DNA of 64,000 nt, taken from the NCBI RefSeq assembly GCF_947568905.1, contig NC_079172.1:23250001-23314000 (forward strand), given 5' to 3'. Numbering within the stretch: the first letter of the stretch is position 1; every line of letters starts with the position of its first letter. A program made the translations under genes and the position numbers. The stretch is from Ostrea edulis. Its lineage: Eukaryota. Under the pieces are notes generated by a model. It made no database searches. It saw only the letters and a program-made list of their open reading frames with translations, and had not been told where the DNA came from. Shown piece after piece: positions 51,005-64,000 of the stretch.

Positions 51005-54000
51005 ATGGCATTACCGTTTCTCCCGGGAAACTCCTTCAACAACAGCGTAAGTAAATTAATCTAACAGTTTTCAGCTGTGCATGCGATTTATGCCCCTCAA
51101 GTTCTAATTTTTTTCAACAAAAAATTGTTGAGAATGCATGCTTGAGGTATTATGACAGATCTATGCAAATTTATGAATACATATAACTGCATATCCTAAA
51201 AATCAACCAATCTAAGTAACAAGTATGTCTGCGTTCCATGTATATCATATATGAATTTGGGAATATATGAAAAATAAAAATGTCTTCCAGCTTGGTAAAA
51301 CAAAGTACCACAAGTCACATCACTTTGACTACAAAAATGAGGTGTCTATGTTGGTTGGAGAAGAAAAACCTGGTATAGGTGGGGAACTTCTTCGAGGACA
51401 AAAAGTAAGACCCCAAAATACTGTTTTCCCAAAAGGAGAGGGCAGCAACTTGCCTGCCTGGGTGGCATTTGACAGACAGGTCCTATGCTTTGATGCTTAT
51501 TTCCAAGAGGCTGTTTTTGAGAAGCGCGAGGAGCAGTACAGAGTTCGCAACTGCAAGGTCTATTTCTACTTAGAAGATGATTCCATTCAGGTTATTGAAC
51601 CCAGAGAGAAGAACAGTGGAGTCCCACAAGGTAAAATTTAGCAAATGTGTGCCCCTTTACATGAAATTCTCTACTACATGCTGTTATATTTCTTTAAGTT
51701 TTACTCTGATAAAGGATTTTATTATTCCACTGAGATTCTTGGAAATTAATTATTTACATCTTAAAGGAATGACATCAAATGAATGTGAAATGCTTTTTTA
51801 TGACAGGTCCATTGATCCGAAGACACAGAATTCCCAAACCAGCCCCACATGATGATCAATATTACACTGCTGAGGACTTCAACATTGGCTGTGAAATTAA
51901 CCTCTACTCCAAAGTTTTCAAGCTCACCAATGCTGATGAGTTCACAAAGAACTTTCTTAGGAAAATGGGAGTCCGAGTTAATGATATTGAGAGTAAACCA
52001 GAAAATCCTTACACCAAATACAGAAAAGCTGTGAGTGATAACATTTTTAGCTCATCAAAAACCTTCATCTAAATACTGGCATAAGCAATATCAAGAGTGT
52101 AAAATTTACCAGTACATGTATTTAAAATTTATTTACATGATATACTGTAGAATCCTTATTTTATGGGAATACTTAATACAGCAAAATGACTTGTTTGAAT
52201 GTCAAATTGCGTGAACATGAATTCGCATGTCGTTTGTTAATCAAGAGTTCTTGCATGTATTTTTGCAACAGAAAAGTAAAAGCGAGTAATTTTATATCGC
52301 AAATGATGTCTTTCGTAAGAGTACATGATAATAAATTCCTTGCATATATTTAGGATCTACATTAATAAAACTGAATAAACTAAAAATATGGGCGTTAATT
52401 AGATATGGTGAAGAGTGATTATTTATTTTCTCAGTTCTTGGAAATTCATTACCAAATGTCTGGGTTTATTTTTTCTAGATGGATGAAAGCATGCAGCCAC
52501 TCCGGCCATATGAAAAGCATGACACCCTGAAGCAGTTCTTGGACCATGATCGTCATGTCCTGCGGTTCTTCTGCTACTGGGATGACACGGACAGCATGTT
52601 TGGTGATCCTCGTGAGATGGTGCTCCATTATTTCTTGGCTGACGATACTATTGAAATCCGAGAAGTCATCCCGGCCAACTCCGGCAGAGATGCTGCGCCA
52701 ATGTTCCTGAGACGTGGCAGGCTTCCTAAGAACATTGAATCTCTTAGGCAGCCAGGCGAGATTACAAACAGAACTGTACTTAATGTGTTTGGACCAACTG
52801 GTCACGGTGGCAGATATATCTTAGATAGCTTAAAGGTACATGATTACCATATTCTTCATTTTACAAATATGTATAGCATTTTACCAGCACTTTGATGGTG
52901 TTAGGTTTCATTACTGACTATACAAATGGAAAAAGATGATGGAATCTCTGATATTTAAGACATTTCAAACATATAGTGCATGTATTAGATGTGCTTCTGA
53001 CACACCATCATAACTTTCACATTGTTATATACTTATTTTGGTGGGATTCATATTTTAGAGCCTTTGGCGGTGAAGCATGAACACTAATCTATGGTTGCTT
53101 TAAAATATTTAAATCATTTCTGATCCATCATCATACACAGAAGAATCAATAAATCATAATTACACCAAATAGTGCATAGCTCCAAATTTTAAACACACTA
53201 GAGTAAGTACATATATATATAGTCAATACACTATGCAAGTTCTACTAATGACATTTTTGATGTTCTACATTCTGTGTTACAGACTGGAGCTGTGAACACA
53301 GATTTCTATAAAGACAGTGATCTTACCTTGGGATCTGTCATCAATGTTTGGGGAAGAAAACTCTTGTTGTGCGACTGTGATGATTTCACAAAAGAATACT
53401 ATCGCACTAAGTTTGGAATTGGTAAGTTAAACCTTTATAAACATGCATTTGACTAGAGTGAAATGTCCACTGTTTACAATTCATTTCAATAACTATAAAT
53501 TCACTTACCTTGACCTTTCAGAGGACTTCTCAACAGTCCAATACAAGAAGAACCCAGCTGGTAACCCGCCACGCCAGTTCCCTCCTTACAACGGATGGGG
53601 AAGTGAAGAGGATTCACTCTGCTCCTGCATGGGTCTCCTACCAAAACCACCCAAGAGGGACTTCATCAAGTTCATGGAAAAGGACAGACGTGGGCTGGAC
53701 AGCAATGTTCTCCGATTCTTGGCTCGCATGGACACCACCAAACCCATCGACCAAGAGCGCCGCTTCATTATCTCTTACTTCCTGTCTGACGATACCATCT
53801 CCGTCTTTGAGCCTCCTGTCAGAAACTCAGGTAATTACATGAATATATGGATAATAAATACATTGATATATAAATACCAATCTTCAATCTTATTAAAATC
53901 AGGTATATGCTGGTAGTAGTGAATGGAAATGACCTGATTTTGACAAGATTTTATACATCTGAGAGCTGAAAATAAGCAGTGTATTTGCATATTCTAAGAA

Positions 54001-54383
54001 TATAATTTCATTAGGTTGCATCAAATATTTATTACAACCTATGCATATTTTCATACAGACAATTCTTGGATATTTCATGTATTTTTTTGTCACTAACATG
54101 ACTGAACAATGTTTTAAAAAATTCACATGTTTTCTAAGTTGTATGATTAAGTATCTACTACAAATTAAGAAATCAACCCATGAACTAAGATACCCATGTA
54201 TAGTGAAAATATCCAAGTGGACTCTAAACCTATATTGTTCAAATTCTCACATTATCTGAATTGACTTACATTTAAGAATAATGAAAGATTCTCCACGTAC
54301 TTTTTTTTAAAAGTTTTTTTTCCTTCTTTTTTTCTTGAATTAAATCCAAAGAGATAAAACTCCACATTGGTTATGACACACAC

Positions 54384-54433
<50 letters not shown>

Positions 54434-56578
54434 ATACTTTATTTACTTTGATGATGCATGAATTATCTCCCTTTTGATAGGAATCATTGGCGGTAAATTC
54501 TTGGAGAGGACAAGGATTAAGAAGCCCAGTCAGCAGGCATACAGTACTGAGATGTCCCAGTACTATCTGTCTAGTGACCTGTTTGTCGGTACTTGTGTCA
54601 ACTTTAACAGCCACATATTTGTCCTTATTGATGCTGACGAGTATGCATTTAGATACTTGGAACAGAATTCTGGAGTAAGTACAACAATTGTATACAAACT
54701 GGTAGTGTGTTTTTTACTATCCTAGTATCAGTATTGGTGATTACTGTTGTTTCATTGTTGGATAATACCAAGATTGCCTGCTGGAAACGTTATAAATACA
54801 CTATGGCAAATACTCTGTAGACATTAATTGTCCACTGGCAGTTGCTTTTTCCAACAGTCAATGCATTGCAAATTAGAAGCATATATATCTTGAAACAAAT
54901 ATAGAAAAATCTAAACTTTAAAATGTATTTCTTGCTGTTACAGTTCCCCCGGGCCAACATTACTTCCATTTTGCAAAGACTAGTCAGCTCAGTTGGGAAC
55001 AACCAGGACGAGATTCGGTCATTCTTTATGAGAAATGATCCCAATGGCTCTGGCTGCATGGCATACGACCAGTTGGTCTCCCTCCTCCGTCAAATTAACC
55101 CTAATATCAGTGATCATGAGATCATGACTGTGGCTCGTCACTATAGCCAGAGGACACAAGAGGATGCCATTGACTCTAACAAACTTGTTGCTATTGTCCA
55201 GGAACAACTCAGAAAGAGAAACTATGAGGGATTTGGAAAACTATTAGAGGACTGCATGCAGAATGACAAAGGAAAGTAAGTTAAATTTTTCTGAAAACAA
55301 TTTTGAAAGGAATCTGTTGTCAGCCCTGCCATTAATTTTATTGACATCTCCATACCAGAATAATATATATTATCAATTATTGATATCACCATGTTGGACT
55401 CTCAGTCAAACTAATGAGAAAAGAAACAATATCAGTTGATGTTGAACAAAATTTACAGATCCTATAAATAGCTTACATGTTGTAATGTTAGCCTGGTCCC
55501 CCTCCTCCAGTACTGCATTTCATTTGTTAGGATACTGCCAAACATATATTTACAATTTTGTTTACTTTACAGACAAGGCATGTTAGACGCTGAAATTGTC
55601 AGGACCATTTTCCGAGCCCACAATGTTCCCCTCCCTGATGACCTCCTGCGAGCAGCATTGTCATTGTAAGCATGAACAGATTTTATAGTTCTTCATTACT
55701 GCATTCACAGATTTAACATAGATGAACCCATATACCATAGGATGCAAAAATTCATTTTTTAATAGGATTTCGTATATGGCCATCCAATATTCCCAATCAT
55801 TGATCATTATTGATGTGGAATTTGAAAATCTCAATGGGTATTTCAAAGAAATATTTAATAGGAACTGTCTTGTAGTACTGCAATATATATTTTGTATATA
55901 ATAGTTTTTGTATTTCATTTTCTCTCTGAGTGCTAATCACAAGTTTCAAAATTAATAAAATCAAAATCAAACCAAAGAAAGTCTGAAACTTACTGTTCAC
56001 AAAATTTGTTTTGAATTTTATAATTAGGTTCCTGGATAACTCTAAGCACTTAATCTTGCATTGGTTTGTCAATGATTCTATTTTCTGTACAAATTCCATT
56101 AGAAATGGCATGAAAATTCTTAATATAGATCTATAGTTCTTTCTTAGCCTTAGATACAGTACTGAAACCTAAATTGTTCCAGCATTATATTTTTTGTAAT
56201 TTGATATTAAATGAATGGTAATTTTGATGCTAATATTTTGTTTATGCTTACTATAATGCTGATTTATGTATCAGAATTGGGCCACTATACTGTACATGCT
56301 TTTAGAATCATAAAACACATTTAGAAATTTGAAACAAATACTGTAAGTTCTATTACTGATTGCACTTCAGGGCCATTGCCACAGAGAGAGGTGAGGTAGC
56401 TTACAACAACCTCATCAGCCAGATGAACTGGAGGGACTGCCCTGTACCCCCGATGCAATATGAACCCTCGTCTGACCCTAACTGGCAAGGAACACAGCAA
56501 GGCAGAGGAAGTGTATCTGTTATAAACTATCAGAATCTCCTTGATGACTGCTTTGGAAAAGCAAAAGCATCTTCATAA
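51005..56578 (+). CDS. EFHC2: EF-hand domain-containing family member C2 (three DM10 domains plus a degenerate EF-hand region; axonemal microtubule inner protein), 10 exons, 745 aa
   Basis: Exons 51005-51046, 51291-51630, 51807-52030, 52479-52835, 53283-53421, 53522-53830, 54481-54674, 54944-55275, 55573-55665 and 56371-56578 (2238 nt). The N-terminus MALPFLPGNSF..., EKPGIGGE, FPPYNGWGSEEDSL and LPDDLL match EFHC2 as recalled. Confidence 0.95.
54393..54431. repeat. (AG)n microsatellite in an EFHC2 intron
   Basis: Direct reading. Confidence 0.95.
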
Positions 56579-56789
56579 AGACACACAGTGCTTAGGAGTT
56601 TATAAAATCATCTGTGATCCAAGACTTGTAACAGTTTTTTTTAAAGTTGTGCCAATACTCCTGTGTATTTCTGAACATTTATTGTATTGTAAAAGACAAA
56701 AAATAACAAATTTCAACAGATATGCAAAAAATTAATAGCATTGAAAGATAATTTGGCACAGATACAGTGTTTATGAAGTTTATGTACAT

Positions 56790-56816
56790 AATAAATATAT
56801 TTTAAATGTGAATAAA
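56790..56816 (+). terminator. Candidate EFHC2 polyadenylation signals
   Basis: AATAAA at 56790 and 56811, about 210-240 nt after the stop. Confidence 0.45.
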
Positions 56817-57010
56817 AATAATGAACATATAACTATACATTTCATATTTGTTTATAATACATGTAGTAATTCTAAGTCAACAACTAGTCAAACTTCAAAA
56901 TATTTTCTACAGTTGCTACTTTTCTAGTAGTAAATTTATGTGAATTAATTGCAAATACTAAATCTTGGAAAAGATCAAAAAGAAATTAAAGTCCCTTCAA
57001 AACAATCATT

Positions 57011-58436
57011 TTATTTTTTCAAGCTTGCCACTTTCTCTTCTATTTCTTTCAGTTTCTCCTTTTTCCTTCTCAAGAGCCCTTTTGAAGCAGCATTTTCTTC
57101 TTTGAACAAAGCCCTGAAGATGCACAACATCAACTTAATCAGCCCGTAAATGTCACAATTGAATTTGGTACAAAACATTTACGCACCAGGATTTTCTTTG
57201 TTGAGGTTGATAGAATGCACTAAAGAACACAGTGTACATAAAGCTGACACTAACCTAATTTCTTTTCGAAATTCCAGTGGAATGTCTTGGTATTTGCGAA
57301 GTTTGTTACAGGCTGACACGTTAGCCAGTTGTTGCTGGAGATCTAAATGGTCTTGATGACAAACTTCAGCTAGAAGAATATCAGGTTGGATTATGAAAAT
57401 TTTCATGTGATTTTTCCTCTTTTTAGAGGACATTCTCTGATTGGCTCAATTTTCAAAAAAAGAAGGAAAGAAAAAAAGGAAACACTCAGGGTTTGATATA
57501 AAGTGACAAAAATGTATGAATAAAAGTCTCAAGAACTTTTACTTTTTCTCTCAGTAATTTTGCCCACTTTACCATAGTCCAGTTCTGATATACATGTACT
57601 CTTTGAATCAGTATATTCTTTATATGGTCAGTACAAAAATTTTGAACTTCCTCAAGTGACCTTGATATTATAAGAATGACTGTGCATGGAGAAGGGTCAA
57701 GGCAGATCACCTGTGGGTCATAAATAATCGTGTGAACTACACTGTACATGTATATATAGGTATGGAAATCTATTGGTTGCATCTTTTCTACAGGGTCATG
57801 ACATACCCTCAATTCATAAGTAATCTACAGTAAAACATGATTATAGTGAACCTCCAAGGCCAGCGAAAAACAGTTCATTGTAACTAAACTTCATTATACA
57901 GTAAAACATGGTTATAGTGAACCTCCAGGGCCAGAGAAAAACAGATCATTATAACCAAGCTTTGTTACAGTAAAACACCATTATAGTGAACCTCCACGGC
58001 CAGCGAAAAACAGGTCATTGTAACCAAACTTCAATAATATTCATTAAATTTTCATTATTTTCCTCTTGTAGAGGAATAAATTTTACTTCGCAATAAGCAT
58101 GAATTTGTGTTCGTTAAAAGTGTGTTTTACTACAAGGTATGAGAATCTAATGTTTCTTTGCTAAACACTTTTGGACAGAACAGTTCTTAACTTAGGCAAG
58201 GATTATGACATACCCTCAGGGCATAAGCATTCTCTCTTTGTACAGTAAAAGCATCTTCTGGTTTTTGTTACAAAGTTGTGTCCTGGACAAAGATGAACCA
58301 CAGTCAGTAATTCTTATATATACCCTAAAACTTCATTTGCTGAGATGAGTGGGTATATTGTATAACTACCTTTGCTTTGTAAATTTGTCTTGTGAAATTC
58401 TGTCTCTCCAATAACTTTCTTTAGAGCTGAATCTTC
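57011..58436 (-). CDS. 3' exons of an unidentified protein-coding gene convergent with EFHC2
   Basis: Exons 58436-58370, 57660-57573, 57436(or 57369)-57183 and 57113-57011 give RFSSKESYWRD...RSLEEVQNFC...EVCHQDHLDLQQQL...DIPLEFRKEIRL...ENPGAALFKEENAASKGLLRRKKEKLKEIEEKVASLKK*. A further good candidate exon lies at 61020-60957. One junction is uncertain; no family recognised. Confidence 0.55.
57828..58133. mobile_element. Tc1/mariner-type MITE with its ~70-bp head triplicated
   Basis: cagtaaaacatg.ttatagtgaacctcc at ~57828, ~57900 and ~57968; gtgttttacta end. Confidence 0.55.
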
Positions 58437-58569
58437 CTACAATTGCACATGATCACTATGCAAATAATGTTATACTGGATGCAAATAATGTTATACAGTG
58501 TATAGGCTATCTCCCATTTCACTTAAAAATTCACAACAATGAAATAATATGATTTATAACACTATATAA

Positions 58570-58930
58570 ACAATGATGGCCCCATATGGCAATATTCCAA
58601 GGTCATGGTCATGAGGTAAAGAAGTTTGACACACAAAGAAAATTCTTTTCACAAGGAATACACATGTGAAATATAAAAGCCCTAGCATTAACCATTCAAA
58701 AGTTATGGGCAAGGTTAAAGTTTTTCGGAAAAAAAAGGTTAAACCCCTACAGGAAAAGGTCACATGGTCAAAAATTTTGGTACCAAAAGAATGGTCTTGT
58801 CATAAAAATAAACATGCAAAATATGCAAGCATTATCACCATCCATTCAAAAGTTATGGCCAGGTTAAAGTTTTTGTAGACAAACAGACCAACCAAAAACT
58901 ATGCTTCTGAATCTCCATTTACAGGCATCA
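58570..58930 (+). mobile_element. Satellite-monomer-bearing element (about 2 monomers of ~165 bp, Cg170-like by recall)
   Basis: caaggaatacacatgtgaaatat...ccattcaaaagttatgg..aggttaaagtttt repeated twice; gacagacc tail. Confidence 0.55.
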
Positions 58931-59258
58931 TAAGATTTGTCCAAAACTAATTCTGCAACTTTAGAACAATGAATGAATTTGATTAAATGTAACGACATTT
59001 AAAATTCACCCATATACAATGACTGTACAAATGTAAAATGAAGGAAAACAAAACGGGGATAAACAAATTTCTCTGTATACAAAACTTGAGAAAGATTTTC
59101 TATGCAAGCCTTGATTGTCCCCTTATTGCGGCCCCACTCTTTGCCCAGTGGAAGGGGAAAGCATGAATTGAATAGAACTGAAGGGTCAATTCAGAGTAAC
59201 AAAAGAAAAGGCCTATACGGGAGAATAATTTTCTGGGAAAAGTAGATTGTTATATTAA

Positions 59259-59774
59259 AGGGACTGATTCACAATTTCCCCCAAAATTTTCTTTTTCACT
59301 TTTAATGATCAAAATCTACTGCCTATTGTGTTTAAAAGATTTCACATAAAAATTAAGGTTATACATTATCACAGAAGCTCATTGTAGAGAGTTTATTATT
59401 TGTTTTGTAAACAAAGATTGCGGTATGTTCTTGTTTACGAAATTTTCAAAAGAAATGTATATCGATCTAAGTTTATTATATCTTTCACATTTCAAACATT
59501 TTTGGGGTAAATTGTGTCATCTAAAAGTTAAAATTTGTGACTACGCAAAATTAAGATGCTTTATTTTACAAAATCAATATCACTTGCTTGTTTGTATACA
59601 TAAAATGACTCGAGTCTTTGTTTACATAACACAGATTCAAGGCTAAAATATTGATTTTATTCTTGCATTGACAGAAGGTCAAAATTTTGGCTGTCAACAT
59701 TAAATGAGTTATATTTTTAATGTTTAACATCAAAAATGAAAAATATTTTTATCAAATATCGTGAACCAATCCCT
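59259..59774. mobile_element. Kolobok-like MITE
   Basis: TTAA|agggactgattcacaattt ... aaatatcgtgaaccaatccct|TTAA. Confidence 0.7.
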
Positions 59775-61120
59775 TTAAGTTTCTTTTAGTTAGTTTCTGT
59801 CATACAAATATGTATGTATGGAATTTTTCATTTTTCATTCTGAACCTATAACTCATTATGTAAATGTTGAAAATAACCTTCAAAGTTGGCCTAACGGCAC
59901 TTTCCCATTTAAACACAGATTTTGACATGAATTTTGGCTTTGAAATCCTTCAAGGCAGGCCTGCCCCTATGATTTATTTTGATAGGTTATAATCTTAAGA
60001 ACAAGTTATAATAGTATTTTTTTAAAGACATGAGCCCCTGCCTTGGGGTTGAAATTCATGAAAAACCACCAATAAATTTGGGGTACTGTTTTTGAAAACC
60101 TGCAGGTTCATTATTAATTTACACAGATATATTACCAGTACTTGTGCTTAGAATAGCTCAGCAGTCAGCTGCGCTGGCAGTATATGCTGTGATTATTTTT
60201 TGCCATGGTTTGAATCCACCTCACACCACACTTTCATTTTTAGTTTTTATTTCGCATTTTCAACAATTTTTTCATATTTTATATGTATATTTTCCTTCAA
60301 TAATCTAGTTTAAAAGCATATCCATTCTATATATAAAGGGAAGTAAAAGAGATTATACAAATGCAGTCAAGTGGAACTATCCTTGACACGGTTGATTTTA
60401 TTCCAAGGACAATAATAATTCATTCTGCGTTACTTAACGGAAGCACATGCATGCACGATGAATACCATAAGCATGTCATACAAGATTATTTCATATTCTT
60501 ACTCAAGGTTGACACTTAATTCTTCAACCAAAAAGATTCTTGCAGTTCTCACTTACAATATAATGAAGATTATTTTTCAATACACCACCCTATTTTCACA
60601 TTGCACATTTCTCCTTGGAATAGGTCATGACCTTTCTTTTGAAGATGCTCTGTGCCAAGTTTGGTTGAAACGATGTTCTGTGATTCTTAAAAGGAATCTT
60701 GAGAAGTCCAAAAAAAATTAGTTTGAACCAGTGTACAGAGAAGTCAGCCAGCAAGATGGACATGCATATTTTGTACTGACTACAGAAAGCTTACTTGAGC
60801 TTTTAACTCGGGTGAACTAATAAAAGGTTATATATCTGAAAGTCAGTTCCATGTAGTCTTCAGTAGTATAAAAACATATCTCTGATGGTGATCATTGAAT
60901 GCCATCAGAATTAAATTAATTAATATCTTATGATAATATTCAAGGACAAAACTTACGTAAAATGACCTTGCATTGATTAGATGGTTGACAATGTCTGACA
61001 ATTGCTTTTCAAAGTTTCCTCTGAAATGGAAATAGGAATAGTCAGATATATGAAAAGTGAAGACTGAATCTATTAAACATGAATCCATTACAAGAATAGT
61101 ATTGCTTTTGAATAACTCCA

Positions 61121-61199
61121 TGGAGGGCTTGCTTTAAATATCTGGAGGGCTTGCTTTAAATAACTGGAGGGCTTGCTTTAAATAACTGGAGGGCTTGCT
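61121..61199. repeat. 22-bp tandem repeat, about 3.5 copies
   Basis: tggagggcttgctttaaataac. Confidence 0.9.
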
Positions 61200-61219
61200 G
61201 ATATCATGAAAGTGAAAAC

Positions 61220-62270
61220 AACAAAGAGATGTTTGTAAAACAAATATGCAACAACCCCACCCCCACCCCCCAAATGGTGCAAAATTGTAAAGGGTTATAC
61301 ACATACATCATTTAATTGATAGTAGTGCCAAACCAATTCAAGATATTGAGCAGACAATATCTTCCTTATGTCAAGAGTGGATTAACCATATGACCTAAAA
61401 ATCAATAGGGGTCATCTATTCCTTATGCTGTACCAGTGTACCAAGTTTGATGTCAATCAAGCAAATAATTCTTAAAATATAGGAGACAATATATTACTAT
61501 GTCCAGTTTGACCCTTGACCTTTGACCATGCAACTTCAAAATCAATAGGGGTCATCTGAAGATGTACCAGTATACTAAGTTCGATGTCTGTCTAGCAAAA
61601 GATTCTCATGATATTGAATGGACAGTATATTCAAATGTCCAGTTTGACCCTTGACCTTTGACCATGTGACCTCAAAATCAATACGGGTCATCTTCTCCTG
61701 AAAGATGTACATGTACCAGTGTACCAAGTTCGATGTCTGTCAAGCAAAGGGTTCTCAAGATATTGAACGGACAGTATATTCCAATGTCCAGTTTGACCCT
61801 TGACCTTTGACCATGTGACCTCAAAATCAATACGGATCATCTACTCTTAAAGATGTACCAGTGTACCAAGTTTGATGTCTGTCAAGCAAAGGGTTCTCAA
61901 GATATTGAGCGGACAGAATATTCCAATGTCCAGTCTCACACTTGACCTTTGATCATGTGACCTCAAAATCAATAGGGGTCATTTACTCCTTAGGATGTAC
62001 CAGCTAGTATACTAACTTTGATGTCTGTCATGCAAAGGGTTCTCAAGATATTGAGCAGACAGTATATTCCTATGTCCAGGGTAGATTGACCCTTGACTTT
62101 TTGACCTGAAAAACAATAGGGGTTCTCTTAGAACTACTCAAAACCATCCGACATATGAAATATCATTCCGATCAAGTGAATGGTTCTCAAGATATTAAGC
62201 GGACAACATGTGGTCTACTGACCGACAGGTGCATAGCAATATGCCCCTCTTCTTTGAAGGGGGGCATCAA
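61220..62270 (+). mobile_element. HINE/Pearl-like element, same family as 22891-24115
   Basis: Same 5' end, internal ~140-bp monomers, gacc tail and 3' hairpin. Confidence 0.82.
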
Positions 62271-62924
62271 TATAAGCACTCGAATTTCATTCTTAAAAGA
62301 GAATATCATATGAACTGCAACACTTCATGAAGTGCGTATGCCAGCGTAAGCGTTGCAGTTCATATCATGTATTTTCAAACTAGGATTTATACTCTATTTT
62401 CATATCTGTTGGAATTCCCAGCTGTTTAAATGGATATACATTTACTATATCTATTAAGATTTATACATACATTGTTCACAGCTGCATGCAGTTTGTAAAG
62501 ATAAGGCAAAACATCGGAATTACAAATACAATGTATATTTAAAAAGTATAGCACCCAGAGAAGATTGTAACACAACTGATATCAAGCCCACCTAACATTC
62601 GAAGGATTAATTGTTCTTTTGATATCATTTTTAATCAGGCTGTTCATTTATGCATTAAATAGCATTTTAAACGTTTTTTTAAAAAAAAGATGATCATGAT
62701 TACATGCTGGGAATTATCAATACCATCTCTGGGGTGACCCAGGTCGATATATAAGGCCCCGTTCCCAATACAAGGCTCATTTTCCCCCAATTTGATTGTA
62801 TAAACTCCCAAAAATGATATATATGAAAACAAATGGGTTGTTTTGATTTCATGCTGAGGCTTATAATTCATGTAAACTTAATATAGCAATACATGTACTA
62901 TAAAGATCACATACTTTTTAAGTA

Positions 62925-63071
62925 CAGTTGAACTTCAGTATCTTGAACACCATGATTCAGAAGTCCCAAACACTTATTCTTTAAGTATTTTACCCTCGAT
63001 ATCTCAAATCCTCAGATATCTCTTAAGTTTTTTCTCAGTCCCATCGAGTTCATGATAACAAGGTTTGACTG
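62925..63071. mobile_element. Short mariner/pogo-type MITE
   Basis: TA|cagttgaactt ... aggtttgactg|TA. Confidence 0.55.
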
Positions 63072-63414
63072 TACATGTATATCATTAGTAAATGTGCAGA
63101 ACAAATGTCATTTTCTCTAAACATGCAATCCCATGCATGTGAATGCATTAAAATTGGATGTTTGGTACACTAACTGGATTTGCCCAACCTTTCGGTTTTC
63201 CATGAAATCACTTAAATTTCATATCACACATATATCTTTAAACTAAATGGCATAGTCAAAATCACCAGCCTGTACTCACATGCATGTGTGCTTCAATTTG
63301 ATTGGATAATAATAAAATATCTCAAACTTGATCATCAATGAAGAAAATTGAAAGATTTTCACAGCATACATTGTAAGTAGATAATGTAAGTATCTAAATG
63401 TTAGTGTTATAAAC

Positions 63415-64000
63415 AGGCCCAAGTGCCACATCACTCACCTGAGTCACCTTAGCCTGGCTGTTCAGGTGTTTTGATTTTAAAATTTAAAGATTTTTTTCAT
63501 TTCTTATTCCCATGATTAATTTGGACCCACCCAAGCATAGGGTTGCAAAATTTACAATTTGGTACATTCCTTTCTGCTATTCCTGAATATGCATTAAGTT
63601 TTTACACAATATCAGCAAAACTAAAGATGTCTTTCAAATGACAAAGACAATAATCACAATAATAATTTTGATCACTACCCCTGGGATCTTGAAATTTACT
63701 ATTTTGGTAAAGAGCTACCTGCATGCTCCTTCTAAACATGCATTTAGTTTCAATTAAGTATCAATAGCACAAAAGAAGAATTTATTTAAATGTTTTACAT
63801 ATAAACACTATATACCAAGTTTGGCATCACCCTGGAGTCAGAACCTCTACCCCTGGGATCCGGACATTTTTAATTTTGGTAGAGGTTTTGATTTGAACAT
63901 ATTTTATTGTTTGGTTGTTATTACAAATGGATTGAGCACAAGTTCTTAAAACTCTACATCACTATGCATTTAGTTTTCCTTACACATGTGCGTTTCTAGA
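63415..64000 (+). mobile_element. Satellite-bearing Helitron/Helentron-like element running off the window end
   Basis: Starts aacaggcccaagtgccacatcactcacctgagtc; internal monomers related to 6240-6760. Confidence 0.5.

Noticed and set aside
51005-56578. Naming the gene EFHC1
   Set aside because: The N-terminus, length and C-terminal region match EFHC2 as recalled.
62520-62810. Further upstream exons of the unidentified minus-strand gene
   Set aside because: Open segments exist, but acceptors are weak and phases could not be linked with confidence.

Overview
AT-rich, intron-containing animal genomic DNA, most consistent with a bivalve (oyster-like) genome; this is inferred from the repeat families and gene content. 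No rRNA, true tRNA gene or CRISPR array was found. The left 37 kb is a same-strand (minus) tandem array of divergent TNF-superfamily ligand genes, reconstructed by hand from GT-AG sites. TNF-A spans 440-14606, a decayed TNF-B pseudogene 19021-~19590, an EDA-like collagen-containing TNF-C 26901-31623, and TNF-D 34449-37033. The right part holds a BTB-BACK-Kelch gene (minus, 6 coding exons, 621 aa), EFHC2 (plus, 10 exons, 745 aa, head-to-head with the kelch gene) and the 3' end of an unidentified minus-strand gene. The standout observation is in TNF-A. Between exon 2 (phase 0) and the 137-nt TNF-domain exon (phase 1) lie at least four homologous phase 0->1 exons, plus two weaker ones. Each encodes a different version of strand A and the following loop of the TNF domain. 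Any one restores the frame; the double-inclusion pairs I translated hit a premature stop. Two of them are only 28 nt apart, and an inverted exon copy can base-pair with the first variant. This looks like a mutually exclusive exon cassette that diversifies a cytokine's receptor-binding loop. All gene models are manual predictions without transcript evidence.
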